From: an uncultured Anaerolineaceae bacterium
GTDB taxonomy: Bacteria; Chloroflexota; Anaerolineae; Aggregatilineales; Phototrophicaceae
NCBI GenBank assembly: GCA_964632725.1
Contig: CAZWCV010000002.1
Coordinates: 17,317 to 81,316, forward strand
DNA: 64,000 bases
Direction of reading: 5' to 3'
How positions within the stretch are numbered: position 1 is the first letter of the stretch; each line of letters begins with the position of its first letter. Below are positions 47,953 to 56,352 of the stretch, piece after piece. Below the pieces are notes generated by a model. The model did not search any database and was not told the origin of the DNA. It worked only from the letters and a program-made list of their open reading frames with translations. Made by a program: the position numbers and the translations under genes.

Positions 47953-49624
47953 TGACTGCGGTGTACCTGCCCTGCTCGGCTACCGCGCTTCGATTGTCCA
48001 GCTGATGGACCATGAAACCCTGGTACAGCTGGCTGGCCAGGCCGACCACCTTCCAGTCGCTCATCACAAAGGGCGGGACATTGACGCCGGGCGGGCAGCG
48101 GTTGCAATCGGCCGGCAGCCACTCGCCATTGAAGCGCCGCGCGATATGCAGATGCGTGGCGTTGGTCACACCGCCCAGACAGGAGGCGTAGCCCAGGATA
48201 TTGCCCGCTTCGACCAATTGGCCTTCCTCAAGCAAATCGCTGTGATCAATATGCAGATACAGAATGGTCCAGCCGGTGCCTTCGTCCGAATCTTCGTCCA
48301 GATCCAGGATTACGACGCCTTCGTCCAAGCGAGCGACCGCGCCGCGCGCCACTGCCGTTGTCGGATAATTTGCGGTGAAACAGGCGCCGCCCTGGCCCGC
48401 GCTCCGCGGCGGCGAAAAGTCGACCGCGGCCCAGGCGCTGCCGTTGCCCCAGCCGCCGTGGAAGCCGCCGGTGAAGCGCCAAACATCCCCGCGCGGGAAG
48501 GGCAAGGTCAGCTCGGGCTGCCGCAATTCAGTCGGGACTGTTTCATGGGCCAGTTGCGGCGGGTCGCCAAATAACCGCCGATAGGTCTCATTTATTCCCG
48601 CTTCGCTACTCGCCTGCCGCCAATCCGCAACGCTCGGCAGCTGCGCCAGCACATGCTGAACCGCCACCGTGCCAGCGTTCAAGTTCGGTTCGTAAAGGAG
48701 GCGGCTGCCATCCTCAAGCTCGAGTACTGTTTCGCCGCGATACTTCCAGCCGTAATAGCCCTGGTTGAGCTGATCAGCCAGCCAACTGACTTGATTATAC
48801 AATCCCGCCCGTTGCAGCCTGTAGATTGTGTCCGGCTGGCGCAGCGGAAACAGCAGCGTTTCTTCATCCAGCGCGCTCTCCGTCAGCATGCCAGCCGCGT
48901 ATTCGAGCACCGCGATGAGAATGCGCGGATCAACGCTGTATTCAAGCGATACCCGTTTTATGATGTCGCCGGCGCTGAATCGGCCAGGCTTGCTGGTCCC
49001 GTCGAATCGGGTTTCGTTCAAATGCACCGTCATATCTTTGAGAGCGCCCTCGTAAGAATTGATGAAAGCGTCAATATCAAAGTCGCCTGCGGTTATGGAA
49101 CGCACAAGCAAGGAGTCCGGCAGGATGTGAAAAGCCGGCGTATAGTCGACGGGAGCGGCCGGCAACGTGATTGTCTGACCAACGTAAAGCAGGTTGGGAT
49201 TGGGCAGATCGTTAGCCCGCAGCAACGACGCCACCGAGACGCCGTATCGTTCGGCTATTCGCGTCAGCGTATCGCCTGCTATGACCCGATGCGACGAAAT
49301 CAGGGCGGTGGCCCGGGGTTCAGGGCCCGCCGCCAAGCTGTTCGCGCTCTCATTGGCGGGGGCGGCAACTGTTGGTTGCGCGGCGGGTAGAGCCGTCACC
49401 GCTGGCGCAGGCGCTTCACCACCGCTGTCGGCATCCTCCGGCGCCGACTGGACATTCAGAGAACCATCGGCAACCGTCGTGTCTCCGCCGCGCGTATTCG
49501 GTTGGCTGAGTGTTTGACGCGAAACTGTGCAGCCGCCAAGCGCCGCGCCGCAAATGCAAAGCGCAAAAAACGCGAGAAACAGAGGGCAATTTGTCATTAG
49601 CGCAACGCGAAGCCTCATAAACAT
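47936..49624 (-). CDS. LysM-domain M23-family peptidoglycan endopeptidase (lipoprotein-like signal)
   Basis: LysM reads HRVIAGDTLTRIAERYGVSVASLLRANDL...GQTITLP. The M23 core reads WAAVDF, ILYLHIDHSDLLEEGQLVEAGNILGY and ATHLHIA. The start MFMRLRV...LGGC at 49624 is preferred over 49684. Confidence 0.85.
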   Translation of the reverse strand: MFMRLRVALMTNCPLFLAFFALCICGAALGGCTVSRQTLSQPNTRGGDTTVADGSLNVQSAPEDADSGGEAPAPAVTALPAAQPTVAAPANESANSLAAGPEPRATALISSHRVIAGDTLTRIAERYGVSVASLLRANDLPNPNLLYVGQTITLPAAPVDYTPAFHILPDSLLVRSITAGDFDIDAFINSYEGALKDMTVHLNETRFDGTSKPGRFSAGDIIKRVSLEYSVDPRILIAVLEYAAGMLTESALDEETLLFPLRQPDTIYRLQRAGLYNQVSWLADQLNQGYYGWKYRGETVLELEDGSRLLYEPNLNAGTVAVQHVLAQLPSVADWRQASSEAGINETYRRLFGDPPQLAHETVPTELRQPELTLPFPRGDVWRFTGGFHGGWGNGSAWAAVDFSPPRSAGQGGACFTANYPTTAVARGAVARLDEGVVILDLDEDSDEGTGWTILYLHIDHSDLLEEGQLVEAGNILGYASCLGGVTNATHLHIARRFNGEWLPADCNRCPPGVNVPPFVMSDWKVVGLASQLYQGFMVHQLDNRSAVAEQGRYTAVNEISW

Positions 49625-49699
49625 CACTTGGGACTTCCCCTGAACACTTGTATACTGACTCAGTATTCGCATTCGCGACATCATATAGAGGAGTAAATC

Positions 49700-50029
49700 A
49701 TGGCGTCAGCTGACGAAGTTAGAAGCATATTTCCGGCGATGGTGGAGCGCTTCATTCCTGAGAAGGCCGCTGGCGTCAACGCCACAATTGCCTTTGACCT
49801 GAGCGGCGACAACGGCGGCAGCTTTTGGATTAGGGTGGCCGACGGCAGCGCGGAAACGGGAGAGGGCGCGCAGAGCGACGCCGCTATGACGGTCAAAGCG
49901 ACGGCAGACGACTGGCACGCGGTAGCCACTGGGCAAATGAACGCGATGCAGGCCTTTATGACTGGAAAAATAAAGATCATGGGCGATATGGGTCTGGCTA
50001 TGAAGATGCAGACGATGTTTGCGCAGTAG
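49700..50029 (+). CDS. SCP2 sterol-carrier-like domain protein
   Basis: 109 aa. ATIAFDLSG...FWIRVADG is present, and the C-terminal QAFMTGKIKIMGDMGLAMKM is characteristic of SCP2. The RBS is GAGGAG at 49688-49693. Confidence 0.85.
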   Translation: MASADEVRSIFPAMVERFIPEKAAGVNATIAFDLSGDNGGSFWIRVADGSAETGEGAQSDAAMTVKATADDWHAVATGQMNAMQAFMTGKIKIMGDMGLAMKMQTMFAQ

Positions 50030-50046
50030 CGCCTTCGCGTTGGCGC

Positions 50047-51048
50047 TTAGTCGTCGTCAAAGTCCAGGCCCAGGGCAGCGAATGTTCGGCTGAATCCTGC
50101 CATGTCCAGGGCCTCGTCAACGATGGCGGCGGCTTCCTCATCCTCGATTATCTCCTCAAGACTTGTCAGAATATCGAAGGCATGCTTGCCGCCTATCTCG
50201 CCAAGCGCCCAAATGGCGGCGAGCTGAATCTCGCGGTCTTCGCTGATTGCCAATTCGCCGATTCGCCGCACGCTTTCATCCAACTGGATCTGCCCGCAGG
50301 CGGTCACCGCTTCATAGACCAACTCGCTGTCGGCGCTGTCCAATTCTTCCAGCAAGATGTCGCGCCAGGCTTTGCTGCAAGTCCGCCCCATAGCGAATAT
50401 CGCGCTAATCTTGAGCTCGTGGTTGCCATCGGCATAGGCTACGCGGATCAAACGCTCAACAGCCGGATGACTGGAATTGCTCAAGGCTTCCAGCGCCCGC
50501 CGCCGGGCTTGCAGCGGCTGGCTGCGATCGGAATGGACCCGCAAGGCGAGATCTTGCGCTTCTTTGGCGGCATTTTCGGCGATGTCGCCGTATTCCCCCA
50601 GCAGAATGAAGCGTCCCAGTTCCTTTAGCGCAGCCGCGCGAACGTCGGGCGCCGGGTCGTCAGCCGCGCGCGACATTAGCCGGCGCATGGTAGCCGGGGT
50701 CTCGTCCGTCCATAAGACCTCTATAGCCGCAACTCTGACCAAGCTGTCCTCGTCGTCCAGAGCGAGTATGGCGATCTCGCGAAAGTTTAATTCAAACATG
50801 GCCTCGCTCGCTTCAGTTAGCGAACGCAAGACTCGTCGGCGGGATTCTGGCGTCAGCCCGGCCCAATCAGTCGCTATAGTCCGCCGGTCAGAAACGGACA
50901 AGTCGCTGAGGCCGTAGACAACCGTGGGCGAAAGCGATCGCCCGGGCGCCGCATCAACCTGACGCAACGCCCGCGCGACGTCGTCAATCGCGGGTTTTTC
51001 GAAGGGCGCTTCGTCTGACCCCAGCAGATCTTCGTCAATCTCGATCAT
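50047..51048 (-). CDS. HEAT-repeat protein, acidic
   Basis: 333 aa. HEAT-like repeats recur (DDEDSLVRVAAIEVL, DPAPDVRAAALKELG, EDREIQLAAIWALGEIG). The start overlaps the rseP stop as ATGA. Confidence 0.75.
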   Translation of the reverse strand: MIEIDEDLLGSDEAPFEKPAIDDVARALRQVDAAPGRSLSPTVVYGLSDLSVSDRRTIATDWAGLTPESRRRVLRSLTEASEAMFELNFREIAILALDDEDSLVRVAAIEVLWTDETPATMRRLMSRAADDPAPDVRAAALKELGRFILLGEYGDIAENAAKEAQDLALRVHSDRSQPLQARRRALEALSNSSHPAVERLIRVAYADGNHELKISAIFAMGRTCSKAWRDILLEELDSADSELVYEAVTACGQIQLDESVRRIGELAISEDREIQLAAIWALGEIGGKHAFDILTSLEEIIEDEEAAAIVDEALDMAGFSRTFAALGLDFDDD

Positions 51049-52550
51049 GAGATGCTGGGTGGGTTGATTAGGTCATATATCATGACCAGGCTGCCCAAAA
51101 TCAGCAGCAAGACGATGCCAATCTGGTGGATACGCGCCTCGGTTTTCGGGTTAACGGGTCGGCCGCGCAGCATCTCAACAAGCACAAAGACAATACGCCC
51201 GCCATCCAAAGCGGGAATCGGCAGCAGGTTGCTGATGCCCAGGAAAATGCTGATCAGCGCCACAAAATGCAGCATCAAGCCGGGGCCTTCTTGCAAACTG
51301 CGCTGCAGGAACTCGCCGCCAATCTTACTGATGCCGATGATGCTGATAGGCCGCGCGTCCTTGCCGCTGAGCGAACCATCAAGCAAGCGACCGGGCACCG
51401 AGGCAATAACGCTGAAGGTCTCCGCGGTCGTGCGCAAGCCGTAGGCGACGGCGTCCGGGATGCTCTGAGGCACTGATTCATGAATGTAACCGGCATTGGC
51501 AAAGCGCGTACCCTCGCCCAAGGCGATCTGAGAGCGAATAGCCATGCCCAGTCTGCCCTCCCCTTCCGGCGGATTCACGCGCGGCGTCACAACCAGCTGC
51601 ACGATTTCAGCGCTTTCATCATCGCGCTCGCGGTAGACCGTCAAGGGCAGCGGCCTGCCCTCCGCTTCACGCGCGGCCTCCTTTAGCGCAAGCGCCGGGT
51701 CGCCGGATGAGGGTATCAAATTGTGGTTGACCCGCGTCACCAGGTCGCCGGGCAGAATGCCGGCTTCCGCCGCCGGCGAGCCTTCCAGTACGCCCAGTAT
51801 CTGAACCGCGCCGGCGCGCCCCGCAAAGTTCGGTTTGACGGTGACGGCGTAGGATTCGTCTGTTTCCCGGCGCAGCAGCGAGAAGGTGATTCGCTCGCCC
51901 GAATAGGCAGCCAGAGTATCATGGAAAGCGCCAAAATCGGCAAAGCGTTCGCCGTTGATGCGCTCGATGGCATCGCCGACCTGCGCGCCCGCGCCATCAA
52001 ACAGCGAACCTTCGGGTATGGCTGCGATCTGGCTGAGACCGCCGACCGGCATGGACAGTCCAAATAAAGCCGCCACGATAAACAGAAGGACGGCCGTGGC
52101 GAAATTGGCCAGTGCCCCGGCCGCCATGAAGAAGATGCGACCGAGCGCGGGCGCTTCGCTGACGGACATCATTTCGTGGTCCTTTATTCCGCGCAGCCGC
52201 AGCAACTCGCGCTCGAGCCGGGCGCGCTCGGCCGCCAGACGGCGTTGTTCCAGGTCGGCTCGGTCCCGCTTCACCTTGTCTTCCGACGCCGGGCCGATCA
52301 TGTCCTCGCCCAAGGGCCGGACGAACCCGCCTATCGGCAGCAGGTTGATGGTGAATTGGGTCTCGCGCCAGAAGAACAGCCGCCCCAGGCGCGGCGGAAA
52401 GCCGATGCCGAATTCCAGCACATTGATCCCCACCAGCCTGGCGGCGAACAAGTGCCCCAACTCATGAATGATGATCGCCGGGAAAAGAACGATTACAAAT
52501 GCGACGATGGCAAGCAGGATGTCACTAGCGGCGGCAGCTGGCATCAGCAT
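51045..52550 (-). CDS. rseP: RseP/RIP-family M50 site-2 metalloprotease with PDZ domains
   Basis: 501 aa. It has HELGHLFAA (HExxH), NLLPIPALDGG and PDZ-like segments (LEGSPAAEAGILPGDLVTRVN). There is also an unusual charged coiled-coil-like insert, KVKRDRADLEQRRLAAERARLERELLRLRG. Confidence 0.9.
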   Translation of the reverse strand: MLMPAAAASDILLAIVAFVIVLFPAIIIHELGHLFAARLVGINVLEFGIGFPPRLGRLFFWRETQFTINLLPIGGFVRPLGEDMIGPASEDKVKRDRADLEQRRLAAERARLERELLRLRGIKDHEMMSVSEAPALGRIFFMAAGALANFATAVLLFIVAALFGLSMPVGGLSQIAAIPEGSLFDGAGAQVGDAIERINGERFADFGAFHDTLAAYSGERITFSLLRRETDESYAVTVKPNFAGRAGAVQILGVLEGSPAAEAGILPGDLVTRVNHNLIPSSGDPALALKEAAREAEGRPLPLTVYRERDDESAEIVQLVVTPRVNPPEGEGRLGMAIRSQIALGEGTRFANAGYIHESVPQSIPDAVAYGLRTTAETFSVIASVPGRLLDGSLSGKDARPISIIGISKIGGEFLQRSLQEGPGLMLHFVALISIFLGISNLLPIPALDGGRIVFVLVEMLRGRPVNPKTEARIHQIGIVLLLILGSLVMIYDLINPPSIS

Positions 52551-52586
52551 CGACGTTCACCTTGGATCTGGTTTCAATATGCTCAC

Positions 52587-52616
52587 ATTATACGGGGCAA
52601 TGTTCAAGTTGTGCAA
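52587..52616 (-). promoter_or_regulatory. putative promoter of rseP (TTGCAC-18 nt-TATAAT on the minus strand)
   Basis: In plus-strand coordinates the -35 hexamer is at 52611-52616 and the -10 hexamer at 52587-52592. It lies 37 nt upstream of the rseP ATG. Confidence 0.45.
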
Positions 52617-52628
52617 GAAAGCCTTGGT

Positions 52629-53630
52629 TTAGTCCTCAATCGCAGGCAAGACGAAGGCGCCGCGCCCGGAGCCGGCGCGCAGAATCTCAATGCCTTGCGA
52701 AAGCTCTTTGAGATTGGCGACAACCGCCGCCGCGTCAGCCGCTTCACAAATGCAATGGACGTTGGGGCCCGCGTCCAGCGTATAGCAGACGCGCAGTCCA
52801 TCCGCAGCGCGCCATTTTCGCACTGATTGCATCACTCGCAGCGAGAGCGGATCCCAATAGAATAGCGGCGGGCGGCTGGTCATCATGACCGCGTGCATGA
52901 GGTTGCTGTCTTCTTCGACGATGTCGGCGAAAGCGTCGAAGTCGCGGCGCTTGATCGCAGCCTTGACATCGCCGAGTCGCTGGTCGGCCCCGGTCACTCG
53001 CGCCGATTGCAGAATGCTGGTATCGGCCTCGCGATGCCCCGCGCTGGAGCCGATGCGTTTATGCCGGCGGCTGACGACAGCGACGACATCCTCGAGATCC
53101 CAGTAATCGCGCGGAACGAAGGTCTCGGCGTACGACGTCTCGTGCGAGTGGCCCGCATGCCACTCGACGAAGCCTGCAGGTATTGAACGGGCCGCAGAGC
53201 CAGAGCCCATCCGCGCCAGCGTCGACAGTTCGCGCTCCGATATATCGGCGCCGAGGGCGGCAACCGCTGCCAGCGTCAACGCGGCAAAGGCTGATGCGGA
53301 AGACGCGATGCCGGTTCCCATCGGGAAGTTGTTGGTCGAAGACACCTGCGCAAACGACTGAATGCCAAAGCGCCGGCGGATTCGTCCCAAATGCGCGCTC
53401 ACGCGGTCAAGCGCTGCCGTGTCCGCGCGCGCCCCGTTGATCTCCAGCGTATCCCCGGCCAATACTTGCACCCAATGCACCGTGGTGGTGGTATGCAACT
53501 CGCTGAGATTCATGCTCAGCGAAGAATTGGCCGGCAGCCGCAACCGGTGGTCGCGGTTGCCCCAGTACTTGATGAACGCAATATTGGAATGCGCGCGCGC
53601 TCTTGCTATATTGTTTGTGCTCGGAATCAT
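52629..53630 (-). CDS. mvaD: GHMP-family mevalonate (di)phosphate decarboxylase homolog
   Basis: The sequence from MIPSTNNIARARAHSNIAFIKYWGNRD includes GTGIASSASAFAAL, RMGSGSAARS and TLDAGPNVH. ATG at 53630 is chosen; the 87-aa track extension is rejected. Substrate (mevalonate-5-P versus mevalonate-5-PP) cannot be told from sequence by eye. Confidence 0.88.
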   Translation of the reverse strand: MIPSTNNIARARAHSNIAFIKYWGNRDHRLRLPANSSLSMNLSELHTTTTVHWVQVLAGDTLEINGARADTAALDRVSAHLGRIRRRFGIQSFAQVSSTNNFPMGTGIASSASAFAALTLAAVAALGADISERELSTLARMGSGSAARSIPAGFVEWHAGHSHETSYAETFVPRDYWDLEDVVAVVSRRHKRIGSSAGHREADTSILQSARVTGADQRLGDVKAAIKRRDFDAFADIVEEDSNLMHAVMMTSRPPLFYWDPLSLRVMQSVRKWRAADGLRVCYTLDAGPNVHCICEAADAAAVVANLKELSQGIEILRAGSGRGAFVLPAIED

Positions 53631-53694
53631 CAGTTTGAAATCCCTTTGCACGGCGGACACCTTGCCCAATCCTATTATCGACGCGACGCAACCC

Positions 53695-54606
53695 GTGTCC
53701 AGCGCAAGAATACCGGAGACCAGCTTGTATCTTATCAAGGGTCTTTTCATCTCGATGCGCCCGCGGCAATGGACCAAAAACGTCCTGTTTGTCTTCCCGG
53801 CCATTGTCTTTGACGCCGGCCTCACCGATATTACAGCGCTAGGTCGCGTTTTCGCATGCAGCGCGCTGCTGATAATGGCGGCCAGCGCCATTTACCTCTT
53901 CAACGATATTGTTGATATTGACGCTGACAGGCAGCATCCTGACAAGAGGGGCCGCCCAATCGCCGCCGGCGTGGTTCCAGTACCCGCCGCCGGCGCCGCC
54001 GCCGCGCTTTTGGCCGCTGCCACGCTGGTCTGCGCGCTGGCCTTTGACCGGGATCTGACGGTTGTTCTGCTGGCCTATTATCTGCTGCAGGTCGCGTATT
54101 CGCTCTATATCAAACACATGGCTCTGCTTGACATCATGGCGGTGTCGGCCGGATTCGTGCTGCGCATCGTGGCCGGCGGCGTTGTCATAGATGTGACGCT
54201 TTCGCCCTGGCTTACGACCTGCGCCGGATTGCTGGCGCTATTCCTGATCATAGGCAAGCGGCGCCAGGAGCTGCAAATGCTGGGTGATGCGGCGCAATCC
54301 GCTCGCGCCAGCTTCAGGCGCTACAGCCTCCCTTTATTGGACGATCTGCTGCGGATCGTTACGACATGCGTGCTCATCACCTACATCATCTACTCGGTGG
54401 AATCTACGACGATGGTTCGCAATGGCCAGAATTTCGGGCTGCTTACCGTGCCGATTGTGATTTATGGGATATTCCGCTATCTGTACTTGATTCACATTGA
54501 AGGCGAAGGCAGCGCGCCGGACGAAGTGCTCTTGACCGACCGACCGCTGCAATTGACACTGGTCATCGCTTCACTCTGCTATTTCGTGATTATTTACATT
54601 TTGTGA
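53695..54606 (+). CDS. UbiA-family prenyltransferase, decaprenyl-phosphate phosphoribosyltransferase-like
   Basis: MRPRQWTKNVLFVFPAIVF, the Asp-rich motif NDIVDIDADRQHPDKRGRPIAAG, and about 8 TM helices are present. The start is uncertain (GTG 53695 or ATG 53755); the track start at 53362 overlaps mvaD and is rejected. Confidence 0.8.
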   Translation: MSSARIPETSLYLIKGLFISMRPRQWTKNVLFVFPAIVFDAGLTDITALGRVFACSALLIMAASAIYLFNDIVDIDADRQHPDKRGRPIAAGVVPVPAAGAAAALLAAATLVCALAFDRDLTVVLLAYYLLQVAYSLYIKHMALLDIMAVSAGFVLRIVAGGVVIDVTLSPWLTTCAGLLALFLIIGKRRQELQMLGDAAQSARASFRRYSLPLLDDLLRIVTTCVLITYIIYSVESTTMVRNGQNFGLLTVPIVIYGIFRYLYLIHIEGEGSAPDEVLLTDRPLQLTLVIASLCYFVIIYIL

Positions 54607-54612
54607 CACATA

Positions 54613-55563
54613 ATGTCGAGCACTCTCAGCGCGTCCGCAAAAGCGATCCTGGTTGGCGAACACGCCGTCGTATACGGACAGCCGGCGATTGCCCTGCCCT
54701 TGTCGCAGCTGCGGGCGCGTGTTGACGCTCACCACTCGGCCTCGCCTCTCAAGGTAAGTTCGGCTAACGCGGAGCGCGCGCCATTTTTCTGGCGCCCGGA
54801 CGCGCCTGATTCCGCAGATCCGCTGATGCGAGCCATTACGTTAACCGCTCGCTATCTGGCGGCCGATTCTCTGCAAGGCGAACTGGTTATCCGTTCGGAT
54901 ATACCAGTCGCCGCCGGCTTGGGCAGTGGCGCGGCGGTTTCGGCCGCCTTGGCCAGAGGCGTTGCCGCCCTGCTCGATTGTGAAATACCGGATGCTGATC
55001 TGAATGCAATCGTGTATGAAGTCGAGAAGCTTCATCACGGTACGCCCAGCGGCATCGACAATTCAGTAGTTGTATACGAACGACCAGTATATTTTATGAA
55101 GGAGCGCCCGATCAGTTTTCTAAAGTTCGGTAAACCCGCCACGCTGACAATTGCGGATACTGGCGTCCCGTCGCCAACACGCCTTTCTGTTGCTGATCTT
55201 CGCGACCAATTCGAACGGCAGCCGGTACGGACTCAAAAGCTCTTTGACCGCATCGGCGCGCTCGTTGACCGGGCCAGGCCGGCATTCGAGGCGGGAGATC
55301 AGTTGCAGTTGGGCCAGCTGATGACGCGGAATCACGCGTTGTTGCAGGCGCTGGACCTGTCATCGCCTTTGCTGGATAAGCTGGTGGCAGCCGCATTGCG
55401 CGGGGGAGCCTTCGGCGCCAAGCTGTCCGGCGGCGGCCGCGGCGGAGTCGTCATTGCGCTGACGTCTGAGGCCGCGCAAGCGTCGCTCAAGCAGGCGCTG
55501 CTGCGGGCGGGCGCTAAGCGTGTCATCGTCTCGTCCGCAGGCGGCGAAGCGACCCCGTCATGA
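54613..55563 (+). CDS. mvk: mevalonate kinase (GHMP family)
   Basis: KAILVGEHAVVYGQPAIA, the GHMP motif PVAAGLGSGAAVSAA, and KLSGGGRGG are present. Confidence 0.88.
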   Translation: MSSTLSASAKAILVGEHAVVYGQPAIALPLSQLRARVDAHHSASPLKVSSANAERAPFFWRPDAPDSADPLMRAITLTARYLAADSLQGELVIRSDIPVAAGLGSGAAVSAALARGVAALLDCEIPDADLNAIVYEVEKLHHGTPSGIDNSVVVYERPVYFMKERPISFLKFGKPATLTIADTGVPSPTRLSVADLRDQFERQPVRTQKLFDRIGALVDRARPAFEAGDQLQLGQLMTRNHALLQALDLSSPLLDKLVAAALRGGAFGAKLSGGGRGGVVIALTSEAAQASLKQALLRAGAKRVIVSSAGGEATPS

Positions 55564-56348
55564 CAGTTCTTATAAAGCTCGGCGGCTCGCTGGTGACGGA
55601 CAAAGGTCGAGCGCGGTCTTTCCGCCGCGCCACCGTACAGAATATCGCGCGACAGTTGGCTGAGCTGCTTTCGGCTCTTCCTGAAACCCGCATCGTGGTC
55701 GGCCATGGCAGCGGCTCCTTCGGCCACTTTGAAGCGAAGCAATACAATACGGCCGAGGGAGTCTATACCGCCGACGATCGGCTGGGTTTCGCCCGGGTCG
55801 GCGCGGTCGCCACTGAGCTCAGCCAACTGATTTTGGGCGAATTTCTGGCGGTCGGCTTGCCGGCCATGCGTTTTCAACCCTCTTCAATGCTTGTCACCCG
55901 CGATCGCCGACTGAGCGCGCTGTCTGTAACGCCGCTGCAGCTGGCGCTTGAGCAAGGGCTCTTGCCCTTGGTCCACGGCGACATCGCGCTTGATTCCAGA
56001 ATCGGCGGCGCTATCATGTCGACCGAAGCGCTGTTTGCCGGTCTGGTTGAGCCGCTGCGAGCGCGGCGGATCATTCTCCTCGGCGATGTCGACGGCGTTC
56101 TCGACGATAGCGGCGCGGCTATCGCCAAGATCACCCCCGATTCCTTTCAGGGAGTCGCGCCGCTTCTGGGCGGATCAAGCGGCGTAGACGTAACCGGCGG
56201 CATGCAGCAAAAGGTGACCGAGATGATCGGCCTGGTTCAGGCGACGGCCGGCCTGGAAGTCGTAATCGCCAACGGCAATGCCCGCGACATCTTGCTTAAC
56301 TTGCTGGTGGCTGGCGCGGCCAGCGGCACGCGGATTTCCGCCCGGTGA
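55560..56348 (+). CDS. ipk: isopentenyl phosphate kinase (amino-acid-kinase fold)
   Basis: IKLGGSLVTDK, VGHGSGSFGH and VDVTGGMQQK are present. The start overlaps the mvk stop as ATGA. Confidence 0.85.
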   Translation: MTVLIKLGGSLVTDKGRARSFRRATVQNIARQLAELLSALPETRIVVGHGSGSFGHFEAKQYNTAEGVYTADDRLGFARVGAVATELSQLILGEFLAVGLPAMRFQPSSMLVTRDRRLSALSVTPLQLALEQGLLPLVHGDIALDSRIGGAIMSTEALFAGLVEPLRARRIILLGDVDGVLDDSGAAIAKITPDSFQGVAPLLGGSSGVDVTGGMQQKVTEMIGLVQATAGLEVVIANGNARDILLNLLVAGAASGTRISAR

Positions 56349-56352
56349 CGGT

